A stretch of 63,508 nucleotides of DNA, counting the filler, from Globobulimina sp. (lineage: Eukaryota): the NCBI GenBank assembly GCA_003354225.1. It is 25 parts of 25 records of this genome, joined end to end, with 100 filler letters (N's around TTAATTAATTAA, not from the genome) between each part and the next. Parts side by side here need not be neighbours in the genome. Positions count along the whole stretch, not along the records: positions 10,186 to 12,631 come from PIVH01006650.1; positions 12,732 to 15,177 come from PIVH01006651.1; positions 15,278 to 17,723 come from PIVH01006652.1; positions 17,824 to 20,269 come from PIVH01006653.1; positions 20,370 to 22,815 come from PIVH01006654.1; positions 22,916 to 25,361 come from PIVH01006655.1; 19 more parts are not named here. One strand, 5' to 3'. Under the pieces are notes generated by a model that did not search any database, was not told the origin of the DNA, and worked only from the letters and a program-made list of their open reading frames with translations. Position 1 is the first letter of the stretch. The number at the start of each line of letters is the position of its first letter. Made by a program: the position numbers and the translations under genes. This document shows, one piece after another, positions 11,525-23,039 of this stretch.

Positions 11525-12574
11525 TTAACAATACATTTGATAATCTTCTAACATCGGTTTAGAAATATCAATTTGAAATCTTTGCAAAGATTCCCCTTCC
11601 ATCAAATGGCCCACTTGCTCAAAATATTCACCTTTAATTGCACCACCACCTTTAACCCCAATTCTATCCAAAAAACCACCTTCTCGTTGATCCGATGGTA
11701 TCGTATATTCAAATTTCGAAGTTGCCACATATATCGAATACGAATATGTATCTTCCATTATTTTGCCATTATTTTCTTTGATAATCTCCATATTTCGAAA
11801 CGATGCAAATCGTTGATAATCTCCCATGATTTTCCACGAAGATGGCTCAAACCATACATTAAAAGCGCCACTAAATTGTCTGTCAATACTAGTCACCACA
11901 TCAAGTTCTGCAGTTATTTTTTCGTCCCATCCCCAAGCTTTGGCAAGATTTCCAATGTACGAATCAAATACTTCTTCATCCATATCCAAGCCGGCATAGC
12001 CTTGAGCTTTCACAGAAAAGCCACCAATTCCCGCTGCATTTAATGAATCGCGCACTTTCTGCATAGAACCAGCCCTTTTTTCTTTTGGGGCAGCAACGTA
12101 ATTGTAGCCGCGTAAAGCTTTCGCATATTTGATGTTTTGAGGATTGTAGTTGTTTGAATATATAATGTAAATTAGAACAGCAACCAAAGCGACAACAGTG
12201 ATTACCAATGCGCTTTGAACAACTCTCAGTGTGATTTCATTGCGTTTTTTGTCATCTTTTGCTTTTTTTTGATGTTTTTGACTATATTTTCGCAAGGCAG
12301 CACTTTGAGCATCAATAAATTCGACTTGATTGACTTGTTGATAACATTGGTCGTAATAAACTTGAATAGCTGTGGTGTCTGGGAATAGCTTAATCAAATT
12401 AACAATTTCTGTCCGCGTCATGTAATTCTGAAATGTTACATATAGCTCATCGATAACAATGTTACTTTTTGTTTTAGGTTTTTCATATTTTTCTACAAAT
12501 TTTTGAGATTCATCTGCTGTCAAAAAATTATCGGTCACTGATGCATCCAAATAGGGATTTGATGCGGGAGCCAT
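11525..12574 (-). CDS. Single-pass membrane hypothetical protein with the same C-terminal domain
   Basis: 349-aa ORF; TM segment VVQSALVITVVALVAVLIYIIY precedes the shared domain GSMQKVRDSLNAAGIGGFSVK..DISKPMLEDYQ. Confidence 0.75.
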   Translation of the reverse strand: MAPASNPYLDASVTDNFLTADESQKFVEKYEKPKTKSNIVIDELYVTFQNYMTRTEIVNLIKLFPDTTAIQVYYDQCYQQVNQVEFIDAQSAALRKYSQKHQKKAKDDKKRNEITLRVVQSALVITVVALVAVLIYIIYSNNYNPQNIKYAKALRGYNYVAAPKEKRAGSMQKVRDSLNAAGIGGFSVKAQGYAGLDMDEEVFDSYIGNLAKAWGWDEKITAELDVVTSIDRQFSGAFNVWFEPSSWKIMGDYQRFASFRNMEIIKENNGKIMEDTYSYSIYVATSKFEYTIPSDQREGGFLDRIGVKGGGAIKGEYFEQVGHLMEGESLQRFQIDISKPMLEDYQMYC

Positions 12575-12731
12575 TCCTTGTTTCTTTTCTTCTGTTTTAT
12601 TTTGTTCTGCCTGGTTGGATACAAATATATTNNNNNNNNNNNNNNNNNNNNNNNNNNNNNNNNNNNNNNNNNNNNTTAATTAATTAANNNNNNNNNNNNN
12701 NNNNNNNNNNNNNNNNNNNNNNNNNNNNNNN

Positions 12732-15177
12732 AATAAAAATAAGACGCATCGGTTTCCTCAATCCAATCTCAAGAAATATTTCAAAATATGCACCGCTCAC
12801 TACATCCCACGGCATAATAAATGCTGGGAAATGATCCCGAATTATTTCTTTTTTATTCTTCTTACAATCTCTAATCGCACAAAATCTATCCATTATCCGC
12901 TTTTGCACAATAATAATTTCTAATTTTGGTTGCCATGAATCCAAAATAGAACCAAATTTATCTCTGAAAAAAACAACACACAAAATAACAAAATAACAGC
13001 GGAAAAAAATGAAATCAAACCTCAAATCACGATTTCTTTTCAATTTCTCAATTCCAGATTCCATTCCAACCATTTCTTTACATACAAAAAACGGAATTTG
13101 TGAATCCGAGATTCCATCTCGAAATAAAAAAAGATTTTTTGGCAACCTTTTGGTGCTTTGCCGGCTTAATTGCTGCTGAATAACTTCATAAACCATTTCC
13201 TTCATGGCATCGATGCCAACAATTTCTTCTTTATTTGCATTTAAAAATAATGCAGATCGATGATCGGATAATTTTGGTTCGAAAATATCTCTAAACGAGC
13301 TTAACACTGCGATACTTGGCCTGTTATTTGTTGTCATTTTGGTTGGATGACAAACATCTAAGCCCAAAAACATTGAATGTTCAATATTTAATAGGTTGGA
13401 TACTGCAGTACCTACACCAGGTCGTACGTCATATAATTGATATCCTAATTTTACCACAGCATCAGCCATGGCGCCCCATATTATGTTTCTTCGTTTCTTC
13501 CAATCACAAGTACCAAGGAAATATTCTGCAGAAATAAATTGTGACTTCATTCCATGTTTGATACATAATCGATGTAATCTGCGTTTTAATTCCGATGGTT
13601 TTGATGGATTATTGTCAGTTGGAAGGATTATAATAAATAAGCCATATGCTGCAAATTCATTTAATATAAATTCTAACTCTGATTCTCTCCAAATATCAAT
13701 ACGTTTCTTACCAACTTTGCCAATAACTTTCCATTTGAACTAAATATTTTTATACTCAATATTTTGCATATTATATATCACATGAAAAACATACATTTCT
13801 TTTAATTACATATTTATTAACAAACATATCTAACTCATGTATTTGTTTTGTGTCATCTCCAACCAATAATATTTTTGCAGGTTTTGGTGGTCCATCAATT
13901 ATCCCACCGATATTCCTCCATTCTTTACTAATTGTCTTCTCATCGCATGCTTTATATTTATTATAGCGGTCTTTATATCGGATACTAATCGATGGGATTC
14001 GAAATGCAACCGTTTCGATTGGATATTCATTTATTTTTATCAACGATGCTATAGTTATCCCATTATCCGCACCTTTACATATTCTCCGCTGTTTATCTAC
14101 AATATATTTAACATACTTATGTATATTCCTTAACATGGCATCGTTATCTTTGGACAAATCAATCAAAGCTTGTTTATGCAATGATTTACTGTACTCATCG
14201 TGTGTCGTTAGTTCACGCCATAAACACTGCGGTAAGTGAGTAAAACCTTTAGTATCTTCAATCAAGCCTCGACATTCGGATTTAACTTTTTTTAGATATC
14301 CTTTTCGAATTAGATATTGCTTATGACTCTGTCCACAGCCACTGTTACTATGTTCATCATCGTCGTATTTAATATTCGCAATCTCGATATCTCGATGCGA
14401 ATATAAAACTGTACATTTAGTACCACGCAACCTATCACGATTTGCTCTTTTCATTTCTTGGTGAATAGATTCAGCACAGATTAATTTATTAACATTTGAT
14501 ATCTTGATAGATAACCTATTTGCGGTTAGGTTGACTTTGACATTGATGCCTCGAATAACACCAATATTACTTTTTGAATCATTAGGATATGCGTTCGGAT
14601 ATACTGCTTCAACCACACACATCGGGTCATTCAGATTAGTCGGGAAATGGCCTCTGATCGGAAACTGTTTGATATATTTTAATCCGCAACGTTTCAGCGT
14701 CTGATTAATGATAAATTGTAATATTTGTGTGGCTGATATTTCTTTTCCTTTTTCGTCTTTTTCAGTACTTTTTAGTATCGATTTTAATGATTTCCTGCTG
14801 TACATTTCAAATGAAAACTGTAGAAAATACAAACACAAATTATGTATAAGTACGTAATTCGCAAATATATTTATGTGTATATAATTATATGGGTACTAAA
14901 CAATGAAATCTTTACTAAAACTATCGGATAATGTAATTTGCTGCTTTTCCGAATGATTATTGACGGATTTAAAACAAATAACATCCGTATTAATGACTAC
15001 AAATTCACCAAAATGTGCTTTGAGTGTGTTTCCATTTTTTATGGATGTTAGTTGTTTAGTAATATCACTGCGTGAGATTGGGTTCTTTGTATTGTATTTA
15101 TGTGTTGCTTTCGTATGATATGCGATAATATGAATATTATTTAGATTAGGTATATGCAATGGATATGTATTGGTAAT
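12732..15177 (-). CDS. Argonaute/Piwi family protein (N-L1-PAZ-L2-MID-PIWI), both ends truncated; introns 14818-14901, 13740-13794, 12964-13020
   Basis: N-terminal ITNTYPL, PAZ end GFTHLPQC, MID ELKR..KSQFI..VVKLG, PIWI FLGLDVCH, PSIAV, KEEIV, FLFRDGISDSQ, IIVQKR. Three frame-compatible GT-AG introns. Confidence 0.9.
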
Positions 15178-15326
15178 NNNNNNNNNNNNNNNNNNNNNNN
15201 NNNNNNNNNNNNNNNNNNNNNTTAATTAATTAANNNNNNNNNNNNNNNNNNNNNNNNNNNNNNNNNNNNNNNNNNNNCTAAGCTAGTAAATCAAGTTTTT
15301 TTTTTGATTTTTGACACGGCAATAAA

Positions 15327-17087
15327 ATGGCAATGATGTACTGTTCATTGCAAACCGTTGTATTTGCATTGACGTTACTTACCACCGCAAGTAAATCATC
15401 GATCCCTCAATCTCAACTAAACAGTCTAATTGATTTCTACGAGGCAACACACGGCGACTCTTGGACCTATCCATTACTGTGCATCAGAAAATATCCATGG
15501 AATATCACAGAGTGGAAATCAAATGGCTTTGATTGCAACAAAAATTGGTGTGGGTTAACGACGAGTCATCCTTTCCATAACAAATCATTTTGTCAAATCA
15601 GTGGATTCGGGATACAAAATTTCAACGCATCCGGCTCTATTCCAGCATCCATTGGTAACCTAACCGCAGTCTCAACCATCGCCATTAGAAACAATCCATT
15701 ATTAATTGGAAACATTCCGCCTACAATTTCCAAACTGAGCTCTTTGACCGGCATCACAGTGACAGACAATGGCTGGATGAAAATGCCAAATCCAAATTTT
15801 TTATGCAATTTATCCAAATTATATCAGTTGACTTTATCTCAAATCACATTCGCAGACAAGACTACATTTGCAGATTTCGACTGCATTTTCAGTCATGACA
15901 ACTACAGGTTTTTCGCGTTGAGAGATATCAAAGGATTAACAGGTACACTCACTGCTGGTTTATGCAATGTGACGCAGGATATTCAGTTGTATAACATTTA
16001 TGATATGAGCACCTCGCACATTCCCCAATGTTTATTATTAAAAGACCCAGACCGAAACAACAAAGCTTTGCAGTTTTCAAACATCAAACTTGTTGGAACA
16101 ATACCTGACCAGTTCTGTAACATTACTTATTTGAATGGACTTTCACTGACAAATATTTCCCTCACTGGCACTGTGCCCCAATGTATATTTGGTATGCAAT
16201 CACTAGGCACATTGTCATTGTATCACACACAGTTATCGGGCACCATACATTCCATCACTTTGTCAAATGTCGTTGCTTTGAATTTGTTTAACAATGATTT
16301 TGAGGGTTCTGTGACAAATATATTCAACAATTCTCAGTTCAAATCGAATACTGCCGTTATTCAGATAAATATTGCAAACAATAAGTTTGAGGATGACGAC
16401 ATTACTGAGCTGTTACGTGTGTTTATGACGCAGTTCCCCGGTTTGCTGCAGTTACATTTTGGAGGCAATGAGAGAATCAGTGGGCGGTTACCTGACATTG
16501 AAAGCAGTCCATTACAGATATTAACGGCACAAAATTCTGATCTTTATGGCTCAATATCGCTTTGGTATTTTGAGCATTTAAAGCAATTCATTGCATATAG
16601 GAATAGGTTAAGCTGTCAATTGCCATACACTACGATGCCATATTCAAATGATAGCAGATTTAATGCATCAAAATTCAAAATAATTGTTTTGCCACAAAAT
16701 TTATTTTGTACCGCCTCAGAGGGCTTATCTCAACAAATAAAAAGGACCTCACCGTTTGAATCCGCATCTAATTTATATGTGACATACTTTGAATCCATTG
16801 GCAGCTTTGTTGTTGGTATCGGTGCGTTTATAGTGTTGTTCGTAGTGATTCTCATTCATTTTATTAGATTGTATCAAGAGAAAAAACAGTTGGCTCTCAA
16901 TGTACAATTAAGTGTTAATTTGAATGAAGCTGATTTGAGCGCAAATGGTGGAGTGAGGGCAGCTGACCAAGTTTTAAAGAATTTAAATGATTTGCAACAG
17001 CCATTTATGAGTGTTGCAGTATTTTGTGTCATCGTCGCTTTATTGATATTTTATCCGCTTTGTTCTAAATATTACCAACAACCCTAA
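15327..17087 (+). CDS. Leucine-rich-repeat receptor-like membrane protein (ends abruptly)
   Basis: Signal peptide; N-cap LIDFYEAT.G..W..W..C..WCG; repeats such as SGSIPASIGNLT, GNIPPTISKLSSL, LTGTVP; TM helices near the C-terminus. Confidence 0.88.
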   Translation: MAMMYCSLQTVVFALTLLTTASKSSIPQSQLNSLIDFYEATHGDSWTYPLLCIRKYPWNITEWKSNGFDCNKNWCGLTTSHPFHNKSFCQISGFGIQNFNASGSIPASIGNLTAVSTIAIRNNPLLIGNIPPTISKLSSLTGITVTDNGWMKMPNPNFLCNLSKLYQLTLSQITFADKTTFADFDCIFSHDNYRFFALRDIKGLTGTLTAGLCNVTQDIQLYNIYDMSTSHIPQCLLLKDPDRNNKALQFSNIKLVGTIPDQFCNITYLNGLSLTNISLTGTVPQCIFGMQSLGTLSLYHTQLSGTIHSITLSNVVALNLFNNDFEGSVTNIFNNSQFKSNTAVIQINIANNKFEDDDITELLRVFMTQFPGLLQLHFGGNERISGRLPDIESSPLQILTAQNSDLYGSISLWYFEHLKQFIAYRNRLSCQLPYTTMPYSNDSRFNASKFKIIVLPQNLFCTASEGLSQQIKRTSPFESASNLYVTYFESIGSFVVGIGAFIVLFVVILIHFIRLYQEKKQLALNVQLSVNLNEADLSANGGVRAADQVLKNLNDLQQPFMSVAVFCVIVALLIFYPLCSKYYQQP

Positions 17088-17091
17088 TGAC

Positions 17092-17723
17092 TTGAGTGAG
17101 GTAGGCCAGTTCGAATCAAGCATTAGAATGATGAACTACAGGAATCAAAACAACATAAGCTTGGAATATGCCTATCAGCGTTTGACTGCCGCATCCGGCA
17201 TGGATAATCTCTTAACCGGTAAATCAAGCCTGTCCAATGACATCTTTTATATATACATCTCCCCGCTTTACTGCCTGATCAGATCTTTGACGATGAAATT
17301 ACCGTTTCACACGGTGACATCCTGGAACTTATTGAACCTAGTTATCGCCTCTCTGTTTTTTTACAGTTCGTATTTATTAATCCGACAACTTTTCGGGAAT
17401 AACCGGGCGATAAAGACCTTGGTGATTATGCTCTCTTTTTATGGGACATACACGGTATCAAGATTCTCAGGAAGAGGTTACTTGGTCGCTGTTTTCGCAT
17501 TTATTCTTTTCGGCTGCTACTACATTTGGAGGGCCGCATTAGAAGAGAAGAGCCGCTTTCTTATCCTGGGCGGAATTTTCATGGGGCTTTCTTGGTCCAC
17601 AGGGAGCTATGCATATAAATTTACCCCCATCCTTTCGTTGATTACCTTGTCATTTTATCTGTTTCACCTTTACAAGAAAGAAAATTCTACTATCAGCTTA
17701 GCTGTTTTAAAAAAAGCGTTTTA
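17092..17723 (+). CDS. Bacterial-type ArnT/PMT-like (GT39) membrane glycosyltransferase fragment
   Basis: Multi-TM pattern YLLIRQLFG.., RFLILGGIFMGLSW..Y; visibly higher GC and different codon usage from the LRR gene; no introns. Confidence 0.5.
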
Positions 17724-17823
17724 NNNNNNNNNNNNNNNNNNNNNNNNNNNNNNNNNNNNNNNNNNNNTTAATTAATTAANNNNNNNNNNNNNNNNNNNNN
17801 NNNNNNNNNNNNNNNNNNNNNNN

Positions 17824-18579
17824 AAAACCATTGGTTTGGAAATGAAATGGGAAGAAATAATGACAAAAGCCATTAAATCGACTGAGTGCATTGGAAGGGA
17901 TTTGTTTGCTGCTAAACATTTTAAAGAGTTTGCAAAAGCATTAAATATTAAACAACCAATGTTAGCAAATAAGGTATTTAGAGAATTTAAAAAAGTAAAA
18001 CAAAAACAGGCAAATTATAATGATAATGACAATGATATAGCTCCAGTACCAACGACACCATTGCTGACAGAAGAAAAATCAAAACAAACTAAAATTGTGT
18101 TTGTGTGGCAAAGTAAACATATAAATGAATGGACATGCAATGAATTGCAAGAATGGATATGCAGTTTAAATGAAAGTAAATCGATTGAAAGAAAAGTTGT
18201 TAACGCCATATCAGAACAGGGGATAACTGGACAGGATTTTAACTCAATGGAGGATATGTCAGAAGTTATCGATTCATTTGAAATTAAAGAAATGTCAGCA
18301 AGGTTAATATATGCGGCATTGCTCCATGTTCGAATAAATATAAATGAGAATGCATTAAAGAAGTTGTATAGTAATCAAAACCAGTTTCGATCTCATCAAT
18401 TTGAAGGTGGTCAGAAAATAAAATGTATTGATACAAGATATAAAGTATATAAATGGTATAATGCCACAATAGAAACTGTGGAAGAAAATAGAGTGTATAT
18501 ATTGTATGATGGTTACAATGAATCAGAAGGTCAATGGATTGCAAAATATGAATGGCCAAAAAGAATTAAAAGTGTGTGA
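17824..18579 (+). CDS. SAM + Tudor/chromo-barrel domain protein (5' partial)
   Basis: SAM INEWTCNELQEWI..ISEQGITGQDF; barrel KWYNATIETVEENRVYILYDGYNESEGQWI. Confidence 0.7.
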   Translation, partial: KTIGLEMKWEEIMTKAIKSTECIGRDLFAAKHFKEFAKALNIKQPMLANKVFREFKKVKQKQANYNDNDNDIAPVPTTPLLTEEKSKQTKIVFVWQSKHINEWTCNELQEWICSLNESKSIERKVVNAISEQGITGQDFNSMEDMSEVIDSFEIKEMSARLIYAALLHVRININENALKKLYSNQNQFRSHQFEGGQKIKCIDTRYKVYKWYNATIETVEENRVYILYDGYNESEGQWIAKYEWPKRIKSV

Positions 18580-18799
18580 CAAAAACCATGACAAATATTG
18601 TGGCGATGGTGTCTGTGAAAACCTTTCAAGTAAAATCAAGTTTGCATTTGTTAATTTTCTAATGACTGATGCATAGCAAAATCATTTGTTTTCTAGCAGG
18701 AAAAGTGTGGTAGTGTGCAATTTTACATTAATAGCAACTAATATGTACATTTTTTTTTCAAAATAAATAGAGCTCCAACAAATCGTTAATCGTGATAAT

Positions 18800-20212
18800 T
18801 TATTGATTTTTTAAATGAAACAATTGAGATTCAATGCTATCAATTTGTGATTGTAACCGAGCAATTTGATTTTCATACTTTTGTTGTTTTTGATAACATT
18901 CAAATAATTTACAATAAGTTTGTTTATCAGATTTGATTACATTTTTATATGATTCTATATATTTTTCAATTCCAGATCTCCATAATTTGGACAGATTGCT
19001 ATCATTTAAAAACATGGCATTGCATTTCTCCTTCATTTTAATTTCATATTTGTCAATGGCCGAGGATATATCATCCAATTTATTGTGGATCCTCGCTCTT
19101 CTTTGACGTATAATTAGTTCGTCATCACTCTCTATTTTTATTTTTATTCCCTTCTCTCTGTCCCTATCCCTTTCCCGCTCCCTCTCCCGCGACCTATCTC
19201 TATCTCTGTCCCTATCTCTCTTTCTATCCCTATCCCGGTCTCTGTCTCGCTCTCTGTCTCTGTCTCTATGCCGATCTCTCTCCCTTTCTTTTGTTTGCTG
19301 CCTCTTCTTAAACTGGACAGCAACGCTGTGATAAATCTGTCTCATTTCAGTGGTGATGGTCAATTCCTTATTTACAATCCTTAGCGACAACTTATTGCCA
19401 TCGATACACAATTCATTCTTCCTTAAAATAGCATCATTTGCATCTTCCTTTGTTGCGAAATCAGCAAATGCAAAATTCTTATACTTGACGTTATGGCTAT
19501 GATCCGTGACTCGGTTCTCTTTGCCCCATCGTATGCCAATGAAGCCATTGCAATCAGTGAACCATGAATACAATTCATAGTCATTTAATTTACCGTCCGT
19601 CGGCAATCCACGTTGAATTATTATTTGATGACAGCTTTTTATATCATTATGGACCAAATCACATTCATTATCGTCAATATTCAATGCGTCATTGTTGTCG
19701 TTATTATTGTGAGTGATATTATTCTCATTATTGTTGTTGTTATTTATGTTTTGATTATGTGAGGTATGATAATAGGAATTATATTTATTATTGTTTGATA
19801 GTGTGGATTTATATGAATATTGATAACGATTTGATGTTTCATTGGAATTATTATGGAGTGAGCCGGACTGATTTAATGCCAATGAATTATTGTTGTTGTT
19901 ATTCATATTATTTTCAATATTTGAGGCATTTTGATCCATTGGATACGGATAATGATATCGGCTGTTATTGTTTGAATTATTTAAATTATTAATCATATTA
20001 TTTTGAGCATTATTATATCCGCGTGGTGGTTGTGAGTGTGAATTAGAATATGATCCGATTTGATTGATTATTTGCGATTTATTTGGTGAATGTGAATGCG
20101 TAAATGATGATTGATGGAAATGGGAGTGATGGTATCTACCACGGCCACGACCTCTTCCACGCCCATAACCTCTGCCTCTTCCTCGCCCGCGGAATGGTGT
20201 TCGATGACTCAT
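18800..20212 (-). CDS. RRM RNA-binding protein with RG repeats, Asn-rich region, RD/RE repeats and coiled coil
   Basis: N-terminal GRGRGRG; RNP2-like IIIQRGLP; RNP1 KNFAFADF; (RD/RE)n tract. Confidence 0.85.
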   Translation of the reverse strand: MSHRTPFRGRGRGRGYGRGRGRGRGRYHHSHFHQSSFTHSHSPNKSQIINQIGSYSNSHSQPPRGYNNAQNNMINNLNNSNNNSRYHYPYPMDQNASNIENNMNNNNNNSLALNQSGSLHNNSNETSNRYQYSYKSTLSNNNKYNSYYHTSHNQNINNNNNNENNITHNNNDNNDALNIDDNECDLVHNDIKSCHQIIIQRGLPTDGKLNDYELYSWFTDCNGFIGIRWGKENRVTDHSHNVKYKNFAFADFATKEDANDAILRKNELCIDGNKLSLRIVNKELTITTEMRQIYHSVAVQFKKRQQTKERERDRHRDRDRERDRDRDRDRKRDRDRDRDRSRERERERDRDREKGIKIKIESDDELIIRQRRARIHNKLDDISSAIDKYEIKMKEKCNAMFLNDSNLSKLWRSGIEKYIESYKNVIKSDKQTYCKLFECYQKQQKYENQIARLQSQIDSIESQLFHLKNQ

Positions 20213-20369
20213 GTCGGTTCCATGCTGTTCGTTCAGTATAGATAGAAAAAGCTGACTAAGAAACTTTACNNNNNNNNNNNNNNNNNNNNNNNNNNNNNNN
20301 NNNNNNNNNNNNNTTAATTAATTAANNNNNNNNNNNNNNNNNNNNNNNNNNNNNNNNNNNNNNNNNNNN

Positions 20370-22815
20370 GGACGTGGACCGATCTTCCAAAGATGGCCAC
20401 AATCCAATAGGATATGATGGATGGTCCTCTGAGTCCCAAGTTATTGGCGAAACGCAAACTCAATATCATGGATTTTGGGCTATCGAAGGAAATTCAAATT
20501 TATACAGGTTTTTTGAAATCCCAACATCCGGTAAAATTATTATATCATTCGTCTATATTTGGGGTTGTGATCCAGAACCTAACACTGAACCGGGCGGCGA
20601 TTACGCACATTTAATTTATGGCGACCAACAATCTGATGATTGGACTTGGAATGAGCCCACAGACAGTAATGGCATACAAATTGTGCACGACAGTGCGATC
20701 ACAGCTGATTGTGCCGTATGGAGCAAACGTATGTCATTTAACTCTATAATACCAGCAACAGAGACATATGAAATAACTTTCGAAACCTATCAATCTTCGC
20801 ATGATGAATTTTGGGGCATCACGGATGTGAGCATTGCATTATGTATTACTGAGCAACAATTATCAACATTTGATACTGAGGTTTGTCGGCAATGTTATAT
20901 TGTTTCCAATAACGAACATCTTGAAACTAAAACATTATTTGCATTCAGATGTTGGATGCGTATTTGACAGACATTCAAGGCACTGTTTGCGAAGAAGATA
21001 TTGAGGATAAAATCAAAGAAATAACCATATTATCGTTGGAGGAGAAATATGACATTGCCATAACAACAGAAACATCCAATGATGACATTGATTATCTTAG
21101 TATGGCGCCATTAGCACCACAGGAGGTGTCTGATTTTGTTGGTGATGATATCGAACAAGACATTGAAACCATTGCAGAGATTTTTGATCAAGAATTAGCA
21201 GACGTTTTAGTGGCATATACCACAGATATGACAAGTGATGAATTGGCAGACTTTTGTCCCAAATTAAAGGATATTTATGCAAATATTGTTGGTTTACAAA
21301 GGCGATTATTAGTTGGAATAAATCCGAGTTAAGCCTGTATTCATTATGATATTTAATTGACTATTTTTTGTAAAACATTATATTGTAGTTACAAGTGAAG
21401 ATAATGGCGTATTGATTGAAAAGGACAATTTTTGTTCATATACTAACCGAATCAAACCCGATTATAATAATGATGGCGAATTTGAAATAAATCTGCAAGG
21501 ATCGGTGATAAAAATACCATACAGCTCTATTAACGAAGGAAGAGCAAACTGGAGAGACGAAAATATGGACTCCATTGATGTCGCTGCCTTGTGTGTTGAT
21601 AATATTTTAGTTGAGGATTGTAACTCGTTTATGAACAACGACGAAACCCAAACCACGGAGGAAAGTGAAGCACCTCTCATTTATGGTGACTTTTCGTTGA
21701 ATTTTGATATTTACGGTGATGGCTCTGGCGCTCCATTTACATTTACGTTACCATTTTCGGGTTAATTTGTTTTTATATATTTTTGTTTTCCAATTCATTT
21801 TATTTTGTAAATACAAGGTTTGGGAGGCAAGAAAGCCTGCGGTTGGAAGGAAAATGCAGCGGATGATTGGTCTTATGATGGATGTAAAACCACTGTCAAT
21901 GAGAATGTAATCCAATGCGAATGTACGTATCTGTTATTTTTTTGCATATTTACTTGTATAATATATCTGAAAACGTATAATGTTATTAATGTAGGTACTC
22001 ATCAAACTGTTTTCAATCTCATCCAAGATTTAAGAACAGAAAGAACAGAGATCAACGAGGCCAAAGCACTGCAGACTGCCAACATTTACTTAGCTTTTTT
22101 GATTGTTTATTCTGTGTTGGCATTGGCTGCCACATATTTGGTAGTGACATTATACCGAATCAAAGATATCAAGAAATTGGCGTCGATTATTATTTGTGTG
22201 ATTACACTGCAAATATATTTAAATGTCATTCAATACGCATATTTATCATTTTCTCCGTTAGACACTGTGCCGCTTGGCATTACATATTGCATCATTTCAT
22301 TGCCATTGTTGTGCCATTTTTGGGTCTGCAGCTTATTGATTCTACATTGGCTGCAAATATTTGAATGTGCGAAAACCTGTTAAGTACATTTATATATTAC
22401 ACATTTCTATGTACAGTACATATACATTTGCTATTAATTTGAACCAAAATACATATATTTCACAGTCAATTCAAGCAACAAGTCCTTGGACTATGCAGTC
22501 ATTATCATGAATGTCATCATATCCATTTTGTTTATTATGTTCGAGATTTCAGCCATGTTGGTGCCCGATGACAAATTGTCGTCGATTGTGTCGGCTTCAA
22601 ATGGCGTGCTTGGCATCGTGGGCATATCCATATGCATCGCCTGGTTTTATTTTGGCTACAAAACCGCTACAATTTTGATGAAATCCGCCAACGCCGTAAA
22701 AGATTCATGCGAGGACGCACTGACTGACGCATTGAAGCTTCGGCGACGGTTATTACGATTGACATTTATTATCGGTTTGTGCTTTTTCACGCAATCAATA
22801 CTCGCGATTTTATCC
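20370..22815 (+). CDS. Adhesion-GPCR-like protein (GPS motif + 7TM), both ends truncated; introns 20881-20948, 21328-21388, 21761-21817, 21923-21994, 22379-22465
   Basis: Five frame-compatible GT-AG introns join all plus-strand ORFs; spliced GPS motif CGW..WSYDGC..CECTHQTVF followed by at least 6 TM helices. Confidence 0.82.
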
Positions 22816-23039
22816 NNNNNNNNNNNNNNNNNNNNNNNNNNNNNNNNNNNNNNNNNNNNTTAATTAATTAANNNNNNNNNNNNNNNNNNNNNNNNNNNNN
22901 NNNNNNNNNNNNNNNAAAAATCGCCATCAAAACGTTAAGATACATATCATACAAACTATATATTAATATTACTACGAATAAAGATAAAAATATTGGTATC
23001 GGACAAGTTAATTTCACACATTCCCATTCACAGAACAGA

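Noticed and set aside
3073-15177. Apparent cluster of ALKBH5-like, Dicer-like and Argonaute genes as one RNA-silencing locus
   Set aside because: They lie on three different contigs placed near each other only by length sorting; there is no evidence of linkage or even of the same organism.
12732-15177. Prokaryotic Argonaute defence system
   Set aside because: The gene has three spliceosomal introns and eukaryote-type PIWI motifs, with no operon context.
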